From Thermoplasmata archaeon (GTDB taxonomy: Archaea > Thermoplasmatota > Thermoplasmata > WALJ01): DNA of 64,000 bases. The stretch is from contig JALTFR010000032.1 of assembly GCA_027006785.1 (NCBI GenBank), positions 67,685-131,684 of the forward strand, in the 5' to 3' direction. Below are positions 1-9,425 of the stretch, in pieces. Each line of letters starts with the position of its first letter. The stretch's first letter is position 1. The translations under genes were made by a program, and so were the position numbers. The notes below the pieces were generated by a model. That model had not been told where the DNA came from. It did not search any database and saw nothing but the letters and a program-made list of their open reading frames with translations.

Positions 1-2
1 GT

Positions 3-320
3 ATGGGAGGTTGGATTACTACATTAATATTTTATGAATTTCCAGGGATGCCTGGAATTACCAAAGAGATCGTTTCAACAACTATTGGGGCGCTTTCATG
101 GTGGGTTTTTGGAATAGCGGCATTGATTGCGAGTGGTGTGAATCAATCGGCTGCGGAAATATTAGGTCTTATTTCGATGGAATTATCTGTTATTTCATTC
201 ATTACCCTCCTCTATGACTTACCTTTGCTTGCTGGTCAAACTATCGGACAACAAATAGCGTTTGCGTTCGCATCGGTTTTTTCGGCCATAGGAATTGTGT
301 GTGGAAGAATGGCTTTATGA
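3..320 (+). CDS. C-terminal fragment of a hydrophobic multi-helix membrane protein (truncated by window edge)
   Basis: Frame open from the window edge; Gly/Ala-rich hydrophobic helices; low GC; followed by GGTGA RBS of next gene. Confidence 0.6.
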   Translation: MGGWITTLIFYEFPGMPGITKEIVSTTIGALSWWVFGIAALIASGVNQSAAEILGLISMELSVISFITLLYDLPLLAGQTIGQQIAFAFASVFSAIGIVCGRMAL

Positions 321-331
321 AGGGTGATTCC

Positions 332-955
332 ATGAGAATATGCATAAAAAATAATGTAAAAAAATTTCTAATATCCAAATTATTGTTTTCAATATTCATA
401 TTTTCAATATCTGCTTCCATACCAATTACGCTTTATCTCTTAAAAGGCGAAGAATTTTTTATTATTAATTATGACAATGTATTTACATGGATTTGCATTT
501 TATTTGCTTTCCTTCCACCTATAAAGCTTTTTATGATGTTTTTCAGACTTTTAAGATACGAAAGCCCAATAAAAATTTGTTTTTACTCTACATATTTTGA
601 ATTTATAACCTATAAAAACTGGAAATCAGAGGCCCAATATTCTGATTTTCTCGCAATATTTTATAGAACAGGACAAGTCGGTGTTTCCGAACCATCTAAA
701 ACAAATGTTTCTATAATATACTATCGTGATAGAAAGTTGAAAAAGGTAAATCTCCTTATATTTGAGGATTCTGCCTTTGAACGAGTATTGCAAGAGTACA
801 GAAAATATCTTGAAAATTCTAAGGACGAAAGGAGAGCCCTAGTACTGTATGACATAGCCACCCTGCGAGAGATGGATTATGCCAGAACGAAGGGAAGGCT
901 GGAAGAGTTCATGGAAAAATACCGCGCAAATCGCAAGCTGGAGGAGTTCGAATGA
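332..955 (+). CDS. Hypothetical membrane protein (2 TM helices plus soluble beta-rich, possibly PH-like domain)
   Basis: ATG 332 preceded by GGTGA; two hydrophobic segments; very AT-rich 5' three quarters; TGA overlaps next ATG. Confidence 0.7.
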   Translation: MRICIKNNVKKFLISKLLFSIFIFSISASIPITLYLLKGEEFFIINYDNVFTWICILFAFLPPIKLFMMFFRLLRYESPIKICFYSTYFEFITYKNWKSEAQYSDFLAIFYRTGQVGVSEPSKTNVSIIYYRDRKLKKVNLLIFEDSAFERVLQEYRKYLENSKDERRALVLYDIATLREMDYARTKGRLEEFMEKYRANRKLEEFE

Positions 956-1422
956 AAAAGGAAGAAACCGGAAGGGTCATTGAAGAAGTGGGCAATCCGA
1001 GCCTTAAAACTATGAAATGGCTGATACTTGCAGGAACCTTCACCGGAGCAGCGGTTGCGATATTCGCAAGCCTGTTCTCCATGAATGTGGGTCCCGAGGC
1101 CATGCCATTCACGATCATATTCATGGCAAACGCACCACTCTTTATCATAGCCGGCATTCTTGTCTGGCTGTGGTTCTCTTCCAGAGAGATAATACTCTAT
1201 GAAAACGGCATGAAGATTCCAAAGACCAGATTTTCGTCCAGATACATAAGGTATGATGAAGTAAAATCAATCGATCCGTATGCAAGAGGAGGAAAGGTGA
1301 TAATCCGCACAGAAAACGGAGATTTCGAGGTTACAAAGGGAATCATAGAAAAATGGGATGACTTCATCAGGGTTTTAAAAGACAAAGGACTTATAAATGA
1401 AAACGGAGATGTGAAACCATGA
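952..1422 (+). CDS. Membrane protein with bacterial PH-like domain
   Basis: 2 TM helices then IILYENGMKI...YIRYDEVKSI...VIIRT pattern typical of bPH domains; ATGA coupling. Confidence 0.7.
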   Translation: MKKEETGRVIEEVGNPSLKTMKWLILAGTFTGAAVAIFASLFSMNVGPEAMPFTIIFMANAPLFIIAGILVWLWFSSREIILYENGMKIPKTRFSSRYIRYDEVKSIDPYARGGKVIIRTENGDFEVTKGIIEKWDDFIRVLKDKGLINENGDVKP

Positions 1423-1596
1423 ACTTCCCAGCATTCTATAAACCTGAATTCCTCTCCTTCGCCCAACCCCTCGATACACAGAATTGCATCGATTCCTCTT
1501 CCTTCTCTTTCTACTACACAACCGCCCCCTCCACAGACAACTCAATCGAAGCGGGCATGAACAAGCATGCATAGTTTCAAGTCCCCTTCTCAATCT

Positions 1597-2034
1597 TCAT
1601 TCGAACAGTATCTCTATCCTCTTCACCCTCGACACCGGAACCCTTTCCTTTCCGTTCTTCACCATGCTTATCAGTTCCATCCTTCTCATTACCGTCAGGT
1701 CGTAGTAGATGTTCTTGTAGTCACGGGAGAGAGCGCTCGCCAGTTCCTTTATTGACCTCACCCTGTTCTTCTGAAGGTAGTCAAGTATCTCCACCCTCGT
1801 CTCACCGAGGACCGAGAATATGGAGTAATCGTGGAATATGGTCTCCTCCTCCATCTCGGCGCCTTTGGAGAGCGCCTTTAGAAGCTCGTAGTCGTCCACA
1901 ACCGATGGGGAAGCGCACTTCTCTATGGATGCCTTCTGTCCGAGGGAATCGAGGGAACCGTATTTTCGCATCAGTTCGTCCGCCTTCTCATGGACATATT
2001 CCCCGTCCACCCTGTTCCTGATGATGACCTTCAT
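1597..2034 (-). CDS. HVO_A0114-like winged-HTH protein, putative antitoxin
   Basis: RVEILDYL..NRVRSIKELASALSRDYKNIYYDL...KERVP motif; ATGA overlap with upstream toxin-like gene. Confidence 0.8.
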   Translation of the reverse strand: MKVIIRNRVDGEYVHEKADELMRKYGSLDSLGQKASIEKCASPSVVDDYELLKALSKGAEMEEETIFHDYSIFSVLGETRVEILDYLQKNRVRSIKELASALSRDYKNIYYDLTVMRRMELISMVKNGKERVPVSRVKRIEILFE

Positions 2035-2333
2035 GCCAGGTCCTCCAGGGACATGGCCGCCAGGTTCCTTCTGAATATCCTGACCAGCCTCTCGATCTCA
2101 TCCAGTTCCTTCTCGGGCGTGTTCATCTGCTCGAGGAGCGCTCCGTTCTCGTCGTAGCGGTCCACATGCGGCTGCTGCTGGAAGTTGTCCCACCTGACAT
2201 AGGGCCTCCATCCCCTCTTCGTCTCCACCATGTAGGTGTAGCTGTAGTACTTCCTCCGGCTGCCGTCGTATATCTCTATGGAATCGATTATCTCGTTCCG
2301 GTGTATGTATATCCTCTTCTTCAGGACCTTCAC
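2031..2333 (-). CDS. DUF6516/TumE-like putative toxin
   Basis: YSYTY...VRWDN....PH motif; 100 aa; GTG start about 25 nt after a TATA-like TTATAT. Confidence 0.65.
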   Translation of the reverse strand: MKVLKKRIYIHRNEIIDSIEIYDGSRRKYYSYTYMVETKRGWRPYVRWDNFQQQPHVDRYDENGALLEQMNTPEKELDEIERLVRIFRRNLAAMSLEDLA

Positions 2334-2367
2334 GGGAGCGCATATACCCTGCGATATAACAGCTTTC

Positions 2368-4047
2368 CTACATCCTCTCCAGCACCCTTATTCCGAGGGC
2401 ATCCATCCCCGCCCTCATCACCTTTCTGAAGGAATCCGTGAGAGTGAGGCGCGCATCCCTCTTTTCCGAGCTCAGGACAGGATAGTCCCTGTAGAAGTCG
2501 TTGAACATGGAGGCAAGGTCCCTCAAATATGCCGCAAGGATGTGCGGCTTCTTTTTCTCCGCAGCCTCCTCTATCACCGCAGGATATTCCGCCATCTTTC
2601 TCAGCAATCTCCATTCCCCGTCCTCTTCCGCCGAGAACACCCTCTCGAAATCCCCTGCCTTCCTTATGATGCTCGATGCCCTTGCATAGGAATACTGTAT
2701 GAAGGGAGCGCTCTCCCCCTCGAAGTTCAGGGCATCCTCCCATTTGAAGACCATCCTTTTCTCGGGCTGAACCCGTATGATGTTGTACCTTATGGCAGAC
2801 ACCCCGACCGCCTCGGCTATCTCCCTCATCTCATCCTCGGAAAGGTCGTCCCTGCGCTTCCTGACCTCCTCTAACGCACGCTCTACGGCCTCGTCCATCA
2901 GGTCGTCGAGATAGACCACCCTTCCCTTTCTGGTGCTCATCCTCCCCTCGGGCAGGCCGACGAATGCGTAGAACATGACATCCGGCTCCCTTGCCCCCAG
3001 CATATTGAGCATTATGCTGACCGCCTTCGATTGAAGCCTGTGGTCCTCTCCCAGCACATCCAGCATCCTGTCGGACCTATTTCCCTTGTCAATGTGGTAT
3101 GCCACATCCCTCGTGGAATACAGGCTGGTCCCATCGGAACGGGTTATGAAGAATCGAGTGTCCTTTCCGGATACGCCGTAATCGGCGAGGTCTATGTAGA
3201 GCGCTCCGCTTTCATCTTTTTGAAGCACTCCCTTCGATTTCAGCCCTTCTATGACCTCATCAACCTTTCCCGAGAACACGATGTCCGACTCGTATGCAAG
3301 GTTGTCCAGCTCTATTCCCAGCCTTTTCAGGCTCATGAGTATTCCGGACATCATCTCATTGACCGTTTTCCTGACCTTCTCCCTTATCTCCGCATCTCCG
3401 TTCTCGTATCTCCTTATCCAGTCGGATATGCTCTCCTTTGCCTCCTCATCGCTCTCCATGAGCTCATTGACCCTCTGGTAGTGCTTAACATAGAGGTAGT
3501 CGGCTCGTTCTTCTGCTTCTCCGAACCTCTCGACCCCCCATGCGACCATGACCGCCTGCTTTCCGACATCATCCACATAGTACTCTGTTTCCACATCATA
3601 ACCTGCGGCCCGCATTATCCTTGCCGTGGTGTCCCCGATTATCGGGTTCCTCGCCCTTCCCACATGCAGAGGCCCTGTGGGGTTCGCGCTCGTATGTTCC
3701 AGAAGTACCTTCTCCTTCCTCTTATTTCCCCTGAAAATGGAAGCATCGTCTATGGCGGACAGCACGGCATCGGAGAACGCCTTTCTCGAGAGATTGAAAT
3801 TCAGGTACGGCCCCTGGGAAGAAACGGATTCAACAATATCGTTAGCAACGAAGCCATCGGCCAGCACCTTCGCTATCTCAACAGGGTTCTTTTTCATCGT
3901 CTTCGCAATTCTGAAGCAGGGGAGCGCCACATCCCCGGCACCTTCCGGGGCCGGCTGTATGTCCAGCGCTCCATCGTAGCCCAGTTCTTCAAGCCCTTTC
4001 TTCAGCGATTCCCTGACCGATTCTATAACAAGTTCATTCGGGTTCAT
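2368..4047 (-). CDS. argS: Arginyl-tRNA synthetase
   Basis: EHTSANPTGPLHVGRARN (HIGH), MSTRKG (KMSKS), FEGESAPFIQYSYAR; start placed at ATG 4047. Confidence 0.97.
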   Translation of the reverse strand: MNPNELVIESVRESLKKGLEELGYDGALDIQPAPEGAGDVALPCFRIAKTMKKNPVEIAKVLADGFVANDIVESVSSQGPYLNFNLSRKAFSDAVLSAIDDASIFRGNKRKEKVLLEHTSANPTGPLHVGRARNPIIGDTTARIMRAAGYDVETEYYVDDVGKQAVMVAWGVERFGEAEERADYLYVKHYQRVNELMESDEEAKESISDWIRRYENGDAEIREKVRKTVNEMMSGILMSLKRLGIELDNLAYESDIVFSGKVDEVIEGLKSKGVLQKDESGALYIDLADYGVSGKDTRFFITRSDGTSLYSTRDVAYHIDKGNRSDRMLDVLGEDHRLQSKAVSIMLNMLGAREPDVMFYAFVGLPEGRMSTRKGRVVYLDDLMDEAVERALEEVRKRRDDLSEDEMREIAEAVGVSAIRYNIIRVQPEKRMVFKWEDALNFEGESAPFIQYSYARASSIIRKAGDFERVFSAEEDGEWRLLRKMAEYPAVIEEAAEKKKPHILAAYLRDLASMFNDFYRDYPVLSSEKRDARLTLTDSFRKVMRAGMDALGIRVLERM

Positions 4048-4660
4048 CCTCACCCATCTCCTCGTACTCTTCATCATATTCTTCATCGTCTTCCGGTTCC
4101 GGCCTCTCCCTCTCCTCATAATACACACCCATCTCAGCAATCTTTATGTCCATCCTCCTGCGCTCCAGATAACGATATACCGTCGAGTGCTCGCTTCCGC
4201 TGAGAAGCATCACAACAGCGTTCTTAGCTATGTCCATCTCGAGAAAATCCCCTATTATTCCCACTGTGTTCCCGTAGACCGAGACCTCTGCACCGCTCAT
4301 CTCCTCTATCAGCCTGCGAGTCTTCCCCTTTGTGCCTATAACCCTTCCCCTGAGCCGCATCACAGAGTTCTTCTTCTTTCCCGAGAAATCACGGATATCT
4401 ATTATCTCAAGGTAGACATCATCGTCCATCAGGCGCATCGCTTTTTCAGGCGAGAATCCCCTTCCTATTGCCCTTATTATGCTCACGGCCTTCATTCCGT
4501 TCAGAGGGTCCTTTGACTCCGATTCGTCTATGCTGACCTCTCCGTCCTTGGAATCTATGAAGATGCGCACATCGGCCCTTTTCTCTATCATCTCCTTTGT
4601 GCCACCATCCCTGCCGATTATGACCGCAACCCTGTCCTTCGGAACCCTGACATAGTACAT
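4034..4660 (-). CDS. KH-domain pre-rRNA processing protein (Dim2/Pno1 family)
   Basis: AVIIGRDGGTK and GRVIGTKGKTR KH motifs, AIGRGFSPE, HSTVYRYLE; conserved aIF1A-rio1-KH order. Confidence 0.93.
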   Translation of the reverse strand: MYYVRVPKDRVAVIIGRDGGTKEMIEKRADVRIFIDSKDGEVSIDESESKDPLNGMKAVSIIRAIGRGFSPEKAMRLMDDDVYLEIIDIRDFSGKKKNSVMRLRGRVIGTKGKTRRLIEEMSGAEVSVYGNTVGIIGDFLEMDIAKNAVVMLLSGSEHSTVYRYLERRRMDIKIAEMGVYYEERERPEPEDDEEYDEEYEEMGEDEPE

Positions 4661-4661
4661 A

Positions 4662-5423
4662 CTAATCCCTCACTTTCCTCATGATATCATTCTCATCCAC
4701 ATCCAGACCCTTCTTCCTGAAATAGCGGGCGACATTGCGCACATCCCTTTCAAGCAGTTCCGATGATGCGGGATGCTTCAGATGCACTGCCTGTGACACA
4801 TCTATGAGAACGAAGGAATCTCCATCCACAAGTATGTTGTACTCGCTTATGTCACCGTGCACGAGCTTCGCATCCCTGTACATCCTTCCCATGGCATCCA
4901 CTATGAAATCAAATCCCTTCTCCACATCGAAGTCCGCATCTTTCATCAATGGGGCTGGCCTTTCATCATCCCCGATGTACTCCATCACAAGGACATTGTC
5001 CTTCTGGGATATCGGAATGGGAACCCTCACGCCTGCACCCACCATCCTCTCTAAGTTGCTGAACTCCTTCATGGACCACCTGTAGACGAGCCTGCGCCTG
5101 TCGTGCGATATCCCCTTGAACCTCGGGTCGCCCTCTATGTACATCCTCATCTTACGGAAATTGCTGGTCGCTATGCGGTATATCTTCACTGCAACCATGC
5201 TTCCCTTCTGATCTACGGCCCTGAACACATTGGCCTCCTTGCCCGTTGATATGGGAAAATCTATACTGTCAATATAGCCCCTGCTCATCAGGTAGTAGAT
5301 GGCCATAACGGTGGAATGGTCGAATACCTCGCTTTCCGTCTTTCTATCTATATCAAGAAAATCCCTGCGGACAGACTGTGAAAGCCTCGATTCTATGTAT
5401 TCTACCGCTTCTTCGTACTTCAT
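4662..5423 (-). CDS. rio1: RIO1 family serine/threonine kinase
   Basis: ISTGKEANVF, AVKIY, LVHGDISEYNIL, IDVSQAV. Confidence 0.95.
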   Translation of the reverse strand: MKYEEAVEYIESRLSQSVRRDFLDIDRKTESEVFDHSTVMAIYYLMSRGYIDSIDFPISTGKEANVFRAVDQKGSMVAVKIYRIATSNFRKMRMYIEGDPRFKGISHDRRRLVYRWSMKEFSNLERMVGAGVRVPIPISQKDNVLVMEYIGDDERPAPLMKDADFDVEKGFDFIVDAMGRMYRDAKLVHGDISEYNILVDGDSFVLIDVSQAVHLKHPASSELLERDVRNVARYFRKKGLDVDENDIMRKVRD

Positions 5424-5425
5424 GT

Positions 5426-5740
5426 TCAGAATACATCCAGAACAGGCGGTATATATCCCTTTCTTTTCATCGCCTGGACCTGCGTGCCCGTGTACCTGTA
5501 GATTATGTCCGCTTTCTCGGGCTGGAAGTCCCAGGGCTTCACAATAAGAAGGTCACCTTCCCTGACCCACATTCTCTTTTTGAATCTACCGGGAACCCTT
5601 CCCATCCTTGAAACTCCGTCCTCACATACCACGTCTATGTGGCTGGCTCCGTTCAGCCTGTGGGCTATCGCCATCAGTTCTCCTTTGTGCTTTTTTGGGA
5701 GTGGGAACCTCACTACCTCTTCGGGGTTATCATCAGTCAC
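5426..5740 (-). CDS. eif1a: Translation initiation factor aIF-1A
   Basis: RVPGRFKKRMWVREGDLLIVKPWDFQ..KADIIYRYT; probable GTG start at 5740. Confidence 0.93.
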   Translation of the reverse strand: MTDDNPEEVVRFPLPKKHKGELMAIAHRLNGASHIDVVCEDGVSRMGRVPGRFKKRMWVREGDLLIVKPWDFQPEKADIIYRYTGTQVQAMKRKGYIPPVLDVF

Positions 5741-5868
5741 GTTTATCCATCGTATCTCAGCTTTCAGGTATATAAGCATATCTATAAGTCAGAATGTGAA
5801 CGAAAGCCTGCGATAAAGAATAAATACACCCTGTGATTGGTGGGATAAAAGCACAAGAGAGTGAGAAA

Positions 5869-6675
5869 ATGATAAGACAGTGTGAGGAGCACGGCTACTT
5901 CAGAGGTGAAGTGTGCCCTGTGTGTGGAATGGAAGGGAAGTTCATTCTCAACGACTACGAGACAGAACGCCTGGGGAAGACCTTAGCGGGAGCGCTCCGC
6001 CATTTTCCCGAGAAATTCGACCTTACGATGGACCCGAAGGGATGGGTGGATGTCAGGCAGTTCGTCAATGCTGTCCGCTCAAGGCAGAGAAAGTTCAAGT
6101 GGTTGAGGCCATATCATATAGTTGCGCTCATAACCACAGACCCCAAGGGGAGATATCAATACAAGGACGGGTACATAAGGGCGACATACGGCCACACGAT
6201 TGATGTGGATCTGGACCTTCCGACAGACGACATTCCCGAGATACTCTACTATCCGGCTACAGAGGAGGAGAAGGACTTCCTTCTGGAAACCGGGCTCAGG
6301 CCATCAGGCAGGATATTCGTTCACATGAGTTCTACCCTTGAATCAGCGGTAGAGGCCGGAAAGGTCAGGACACCGAGGCCTGTTGTTTTTGAGATAAATA
6401 CTGCAGCTGCAATCGAATCGGGTGTCGTGATAATGCATGCTGCCCCGAGGATATACATCACGAAGGAGATTCCTCCGGAGTTCATAAAGGAAGTGGAGGT
6501 TCCCGAGGAGCTTCTTGATGTCGAAGAGGTTCCCGAGGAGGTCAAAGCCGCAGAGGGGGAATCCGGAGAATCAGTTGATGAAGAGGATATGGGCACACAG
6601 GAGGCCTCAGAGAACGATGTTTCCGCTGATGAAGAGGATGAATATGCAGAAGAAGATTCCGGCGACACGGAATAG
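5869..6675 (+). CDS. kptA: RNA 2'-phosphotransferase (Tpt1/KptA) with N-terminal Zn-ribbon and acidic tail
   Basis: LRHFP, DPKGRY, IRATYGHT, RIFVHMS motifs; N-terminal CEEHGYFRGEVCPVCG. Confidence 0.92.
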   Translation: MIRQCEEHGYFRGEVCPVCGMEGKFILNDYETERLGKTLAGALRHFPEKFDLTMDPKGWVDVRQFVNAVRSRQRKFKWLRPYHIVALITTDPKGRYQYKDGYIRATYGHTIDVDLDLPTDDIPEILYYPATEEEKDFLLETGLRPSGRIFVHMSSTLESAVEAGKVRTPRPVVFEINTAAAIESGVVIMHAAPRIYITKEIPPEFIKEVEVPEELLDVEEVPEEVKAAEGESGESVDEEDMGTQEASENDVSADEEDEYAEEDSGDTE

Positions 6676-6725
6676 ATACACAAGTTTAATAAACGGAGAG
6701 ATCCATATCATACCGAGGTGATGAA

Positions 6726-7853
6726 ATGGTAAAGGCAGAACTTACGAAGGTAAGGGATTTTCTTGAGAAGGATTTTGAGAAGATAGACAGAGATGAAAGC
6801 ATATCGGTGCTCACGGGAAAGCTCAGAAGAAAGGACATACAGGAAGCCGTTGTTATAGATGGGAAGAGGCCTGCAGGCGTAATAAGTTATGACATACTCA
6901 TGAGAAGAGGCAACCTTCCGATGAGCGCAAAGGTGGGGCATTTCATGGTCTCACCACCGACTCTGGCCCCCGATAACAATTTCATAGATGCATGCGAGGC
7001 CCTATTCAGCTCCGGTCTGAGGATAATACCGGTCGAGGAGAAAGGAAAGCTGGAGGGCGTTGTTACAAGAAGATCCGTGATAAGAGTGGTTCCTAGGATA
7101 GACGAAATCGCATCAATAAAAGCCAGAGAGGTCATGAGCCACCGCCCTGTCGTAGCGGGAGAGAAAGATGACATCATGAAGGTAAAATCCATAATGGTGG
7201 AGCACGACATAAAGGCAGTTCCTGTTGTAAATGAGGACGGGGAACTGATCGGTGTGGTTGGTCTGAAGGATATAGCGGAGACCGTACTGAGGGACAAGCA
7301 GAGGGCTACATATGGTGATGCATCAGGAAACAGAGAGAAGGTCAACATACCTGTGAAAAGCATAATGCATGTGCATCCGATATTCGTGGGCCCCGGCAAG
7401 ACGCTGGGAGAGATAGCCAAACTGATGATAGACAATAAGATTGGCGGAATAATCATAACCGAGGGCAAGAAGCCTGTTGGAATAGTCCACCAGATAGACA
7501 TAATCGAGACAGCCGCAAACCTTGCACCCCGCGAAGGGGTTTATGTCCAGATATCGGGTGTAGAGGAGGCCGGCGAGGTCTATGACGAACTCTACGAGCT
7601 GATAGAGAAGTCCATGAAGAAGATAGTGGAGATAATCCCTCCAAGGATACTGAACGTACATGTTGTCCATCACCATGACCGTGAGGGCATAAACTACACC
7701 ATCAGGCTCAGGATGACCACCGAGAAGAAGACCTACTATGCGAGCCAGGACGACTGGAACATATTCAGAGCGCTCTCCATGGCACTGGAGGACCTTGAAA
7801 GGCAGGTCAAGAAGGACAAGGAGAAGTACATGGATGCCAGAAGGAAACCCTGA
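6726..7853 (+). CDS. Four-CBS-domain protein with C-terminal HPF/RaiA-like domain (putative ribosome hibernation factor)
   Basis: Two CBS pairs, then VYVQISG...LNVHV...YTIRLRM...YYASQDDWNIFRALSMALEDLERQVKK; GAGGTGA RBS. Confidence 0.85.
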   Translation: MVKAELTKVRDFLEKDFEKIDRDESISVLTGKLRRKDIQEAVVIDGKRPAGVISYDILMRRGNLPMSAKVGHFMVSPPTLAPDNNFIDACEALFSSGLRIIPVEEKGKLEGVVTRRSVIRVVPRIDEIASIKAREVMSHRPVVAGEKDDIMKVKSIMVEHDIKAVPVVNEDGELIGVVGLKDIAETVLRDKQRATYGDASGNREKVNIPVKSIMHVHPIFVGPGKTLGEIAKLMIDNKIGGIIITEGKKPVGIVHQIDIIETAANLAPREGVYVQISGVEEAGEVYDELYELIEKSMKKIVEIIPPRILNVHVVHHHDREGINYTIRLRMTTEKKTYYASQDDWNIFRALSMALEDLERQVKKDKEKYMDARRKP

Positions 7854-8244
7854 GATAATCGGCACAACAGCGGTCAAGGACACTGAAACCCTGCTTTCGA
7901 GGATAGGGCCCGACATCATCATAGACGCAGCGGTGGCATGTGGAAGGGCCCACATCATTTTCTCATATTTTCGGGCATTGCGCAATGTGGAGCGGAGGAC
8001 TGCAAAGGGAAGCAGCCTTGCAACAGAGTTCTTCAGGCAGATAACAGGAGAAAGGCAGGTCTCATCGGCCATAAAGAAGGCGAGGATAAAGGAAGGGAAT
8101 CCGGCGGTAGTAATAACTCACAGACAGCCTGAAGATGTCCTGAAAACGCTCGGGCTTGAAAGAGATGACTCGGTCATAGGATGCAATGGAGAGAACTGTG
8201 AGGAAGAATGCCTTGAGAGGAGCGCTCTGGTGGAGATACTGTGA
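7834..8244 (+). CDS. cgi121: KEOPS complex subunit Cgi121
   Basis: HIIFSYFRA...AKGSSLATEFFRQITGERQVSSAIKK...LERSAL. Confidence 0.85.
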   Translation: MPEGNPEIIGTTAVKDTETLLSRIGPDIIIDAAVACGRAHIIFSYFRALRNVERRTAKGSSLATEFFRQITGERQVSSAIKKARIKEGNPAVVITHRQPEDVLKTLGLERDDSVIGCNGENCEEECLERSALVEIL

Positions 8245-8828
8245 GCTTCATAGTTATAGATGGTATTGACGGGTGCGGAAAGAGCAGCCATGCGAGATCC
8301 CTAGTATCGTACCTGAGAAGGAAGGGAAGGGAGGTCCTGTTCCTGAAGGAGCCGACAGGTGAAAGCCCTGCGGGAAAGAGGCTTGCCGAGGCGCTCAAAA
8401 GCAACAACAGGCCCTCGCCTGACGAGGAACTGAGGCTGTTCATAGGGGACAGGAGATGGGATGTCGAGAACCGGATACTGCCTGCGCTGAAAGAGGGAAA
8501 GGACATCGTCATGGACAGGTACTACTACAGCACAATTGCATATCAGGGCGCCAGAGGTATGGACATCGAGGAAATAAGAAGGATGAACGATTTCGCGCCT
8601 GTTCCAGACCTTGCGATAATACTTGACATAGACCCGGAGATAGCCGGGGAGCGCATAAACCGCAGGGGAAAGGGAGATTACTTCGAGGATCTCGATTACC
8701 TGAGGAAGGTCAGGGAGATATTCCTTTCAATGAAGGATATGCCGGAGGTCGTTATAATAGATTCCTCTGGCCCGTATCAGGATACGCAAAAAAGGATAAA
8801 AGAGGTTGTTGAAGGCATCATTCGCTGA
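8241..8828 (+). CDS. tmk: Thymidylate kinase
   Basis: FIVIDGIDGCGKSS P-loop, KEPT, MDRYYYSTIAYQG, PDLAIILD. Confidence 0.96.
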   Translation: MSFIVIDGIDGCGKSSHARSLVSYLRRKGREVLFLKEPTGESPAGKRLAEALKSNNRPSPDEELRLFIGDRRWDVENRILPALKEGKDIVMDRYYYSTIAYQGARGMDIEEIRRMNDFAPVPDLAIILDIDPEIAGERINRRGKGDYFEDLDYLRKVREIFLSMKDMPEVVIIDSSGPYQDTQKRIKEVVEGIIR

Positions 8829-9423
8829 TTCCCAGCACTTCTTCGGCCTTTTTCCGATTCTTTGCCACATTTTCGTCAACATCACGGTACAGGCTGTTAC
8901 CGTGGGAATCTATGCCGACCACCAGCGGCCCAAGGTCTTCGGCCTCAAGTATCCATATTGCTTCCGGCATCCCGAACTCGAACCATTCGACACCGTGGAC
9001 CTTCTTGAAGGCGGTTGCAGCCAGGGCAGCAGCGCCTCCGGTCATGGCCAGATAGACCGCACCGTGCTCCTTCATGGACTCCACCGTTGGCTCGGACATG
9101 CCTCCCTTTCCTATTATTGCGCGAACTCCGAAGCGCTCTATGAAATCCGGTTCTAGGGAGTTCATCCTCGAACTGGTCGTCGGACCTGCGGCGATCACAC
9201 GCCATTCTCCGTTCTCGTCCTTCTTCATCACAGGCCCGCAGTGGAATAGCACCATGTTCCTGAAATCCAGGGGGGGCTTCTTCCCTTCCTTCGCAAGTTC
9301 CAGAGCATGTATGTGCACCTCATCCCTTCCTGTGTAGATCATCCCGCTGAGATACACTATATCTCCGGTCCTGAGCTTCCGGACATCTTCCTCATTTAGC
9401 GGTGTTGTGAAGTGGTATTCCAT
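8818..9423 (-). CDS. Class I fumarate hydratase / tartrate dehydratase beta subunit
   Basis: GRDEVH, HCGPV, AGPTTSSRM, IIGKGG, GMPEA, GIDSHGNSL. Confidence 0.93.
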   Translation of the reverse strand: MEYHFTTPLNEEDVRKLRTGDIVYLSGMIYTGRDEVHIHALELAKEGKKPPLDFRNMVLFHCGPVMKKDENGEWRVIAAGPTTSSRMNSLEPDFIERFGVRAIIGKGGMSEPTVESMKEHGAVYLAMTGGAAALAATAFKKVHGVEWFEFGMPEAIWILEAEDLGPLVVGIDSHGNSLYRDVDENVAKNRKKAEEVLGISE

Positions 9424-9425
9424 CT

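Noticed and set aside
1574-1606. GTTTCAAGTCCCC...ATTCGAAC resembles a CRISPR repeat
   Set aside because: Single copy, overlaps a stop codon, no spacers or cas genes in the window.
2278-4203. Long antisense ORFs (e.g. 3031-4203, 31856-32794, 38060-39073)
   Set aside because: Shadow frames opposite well-supported genes, caused by codon bias; no recognisable motifs.
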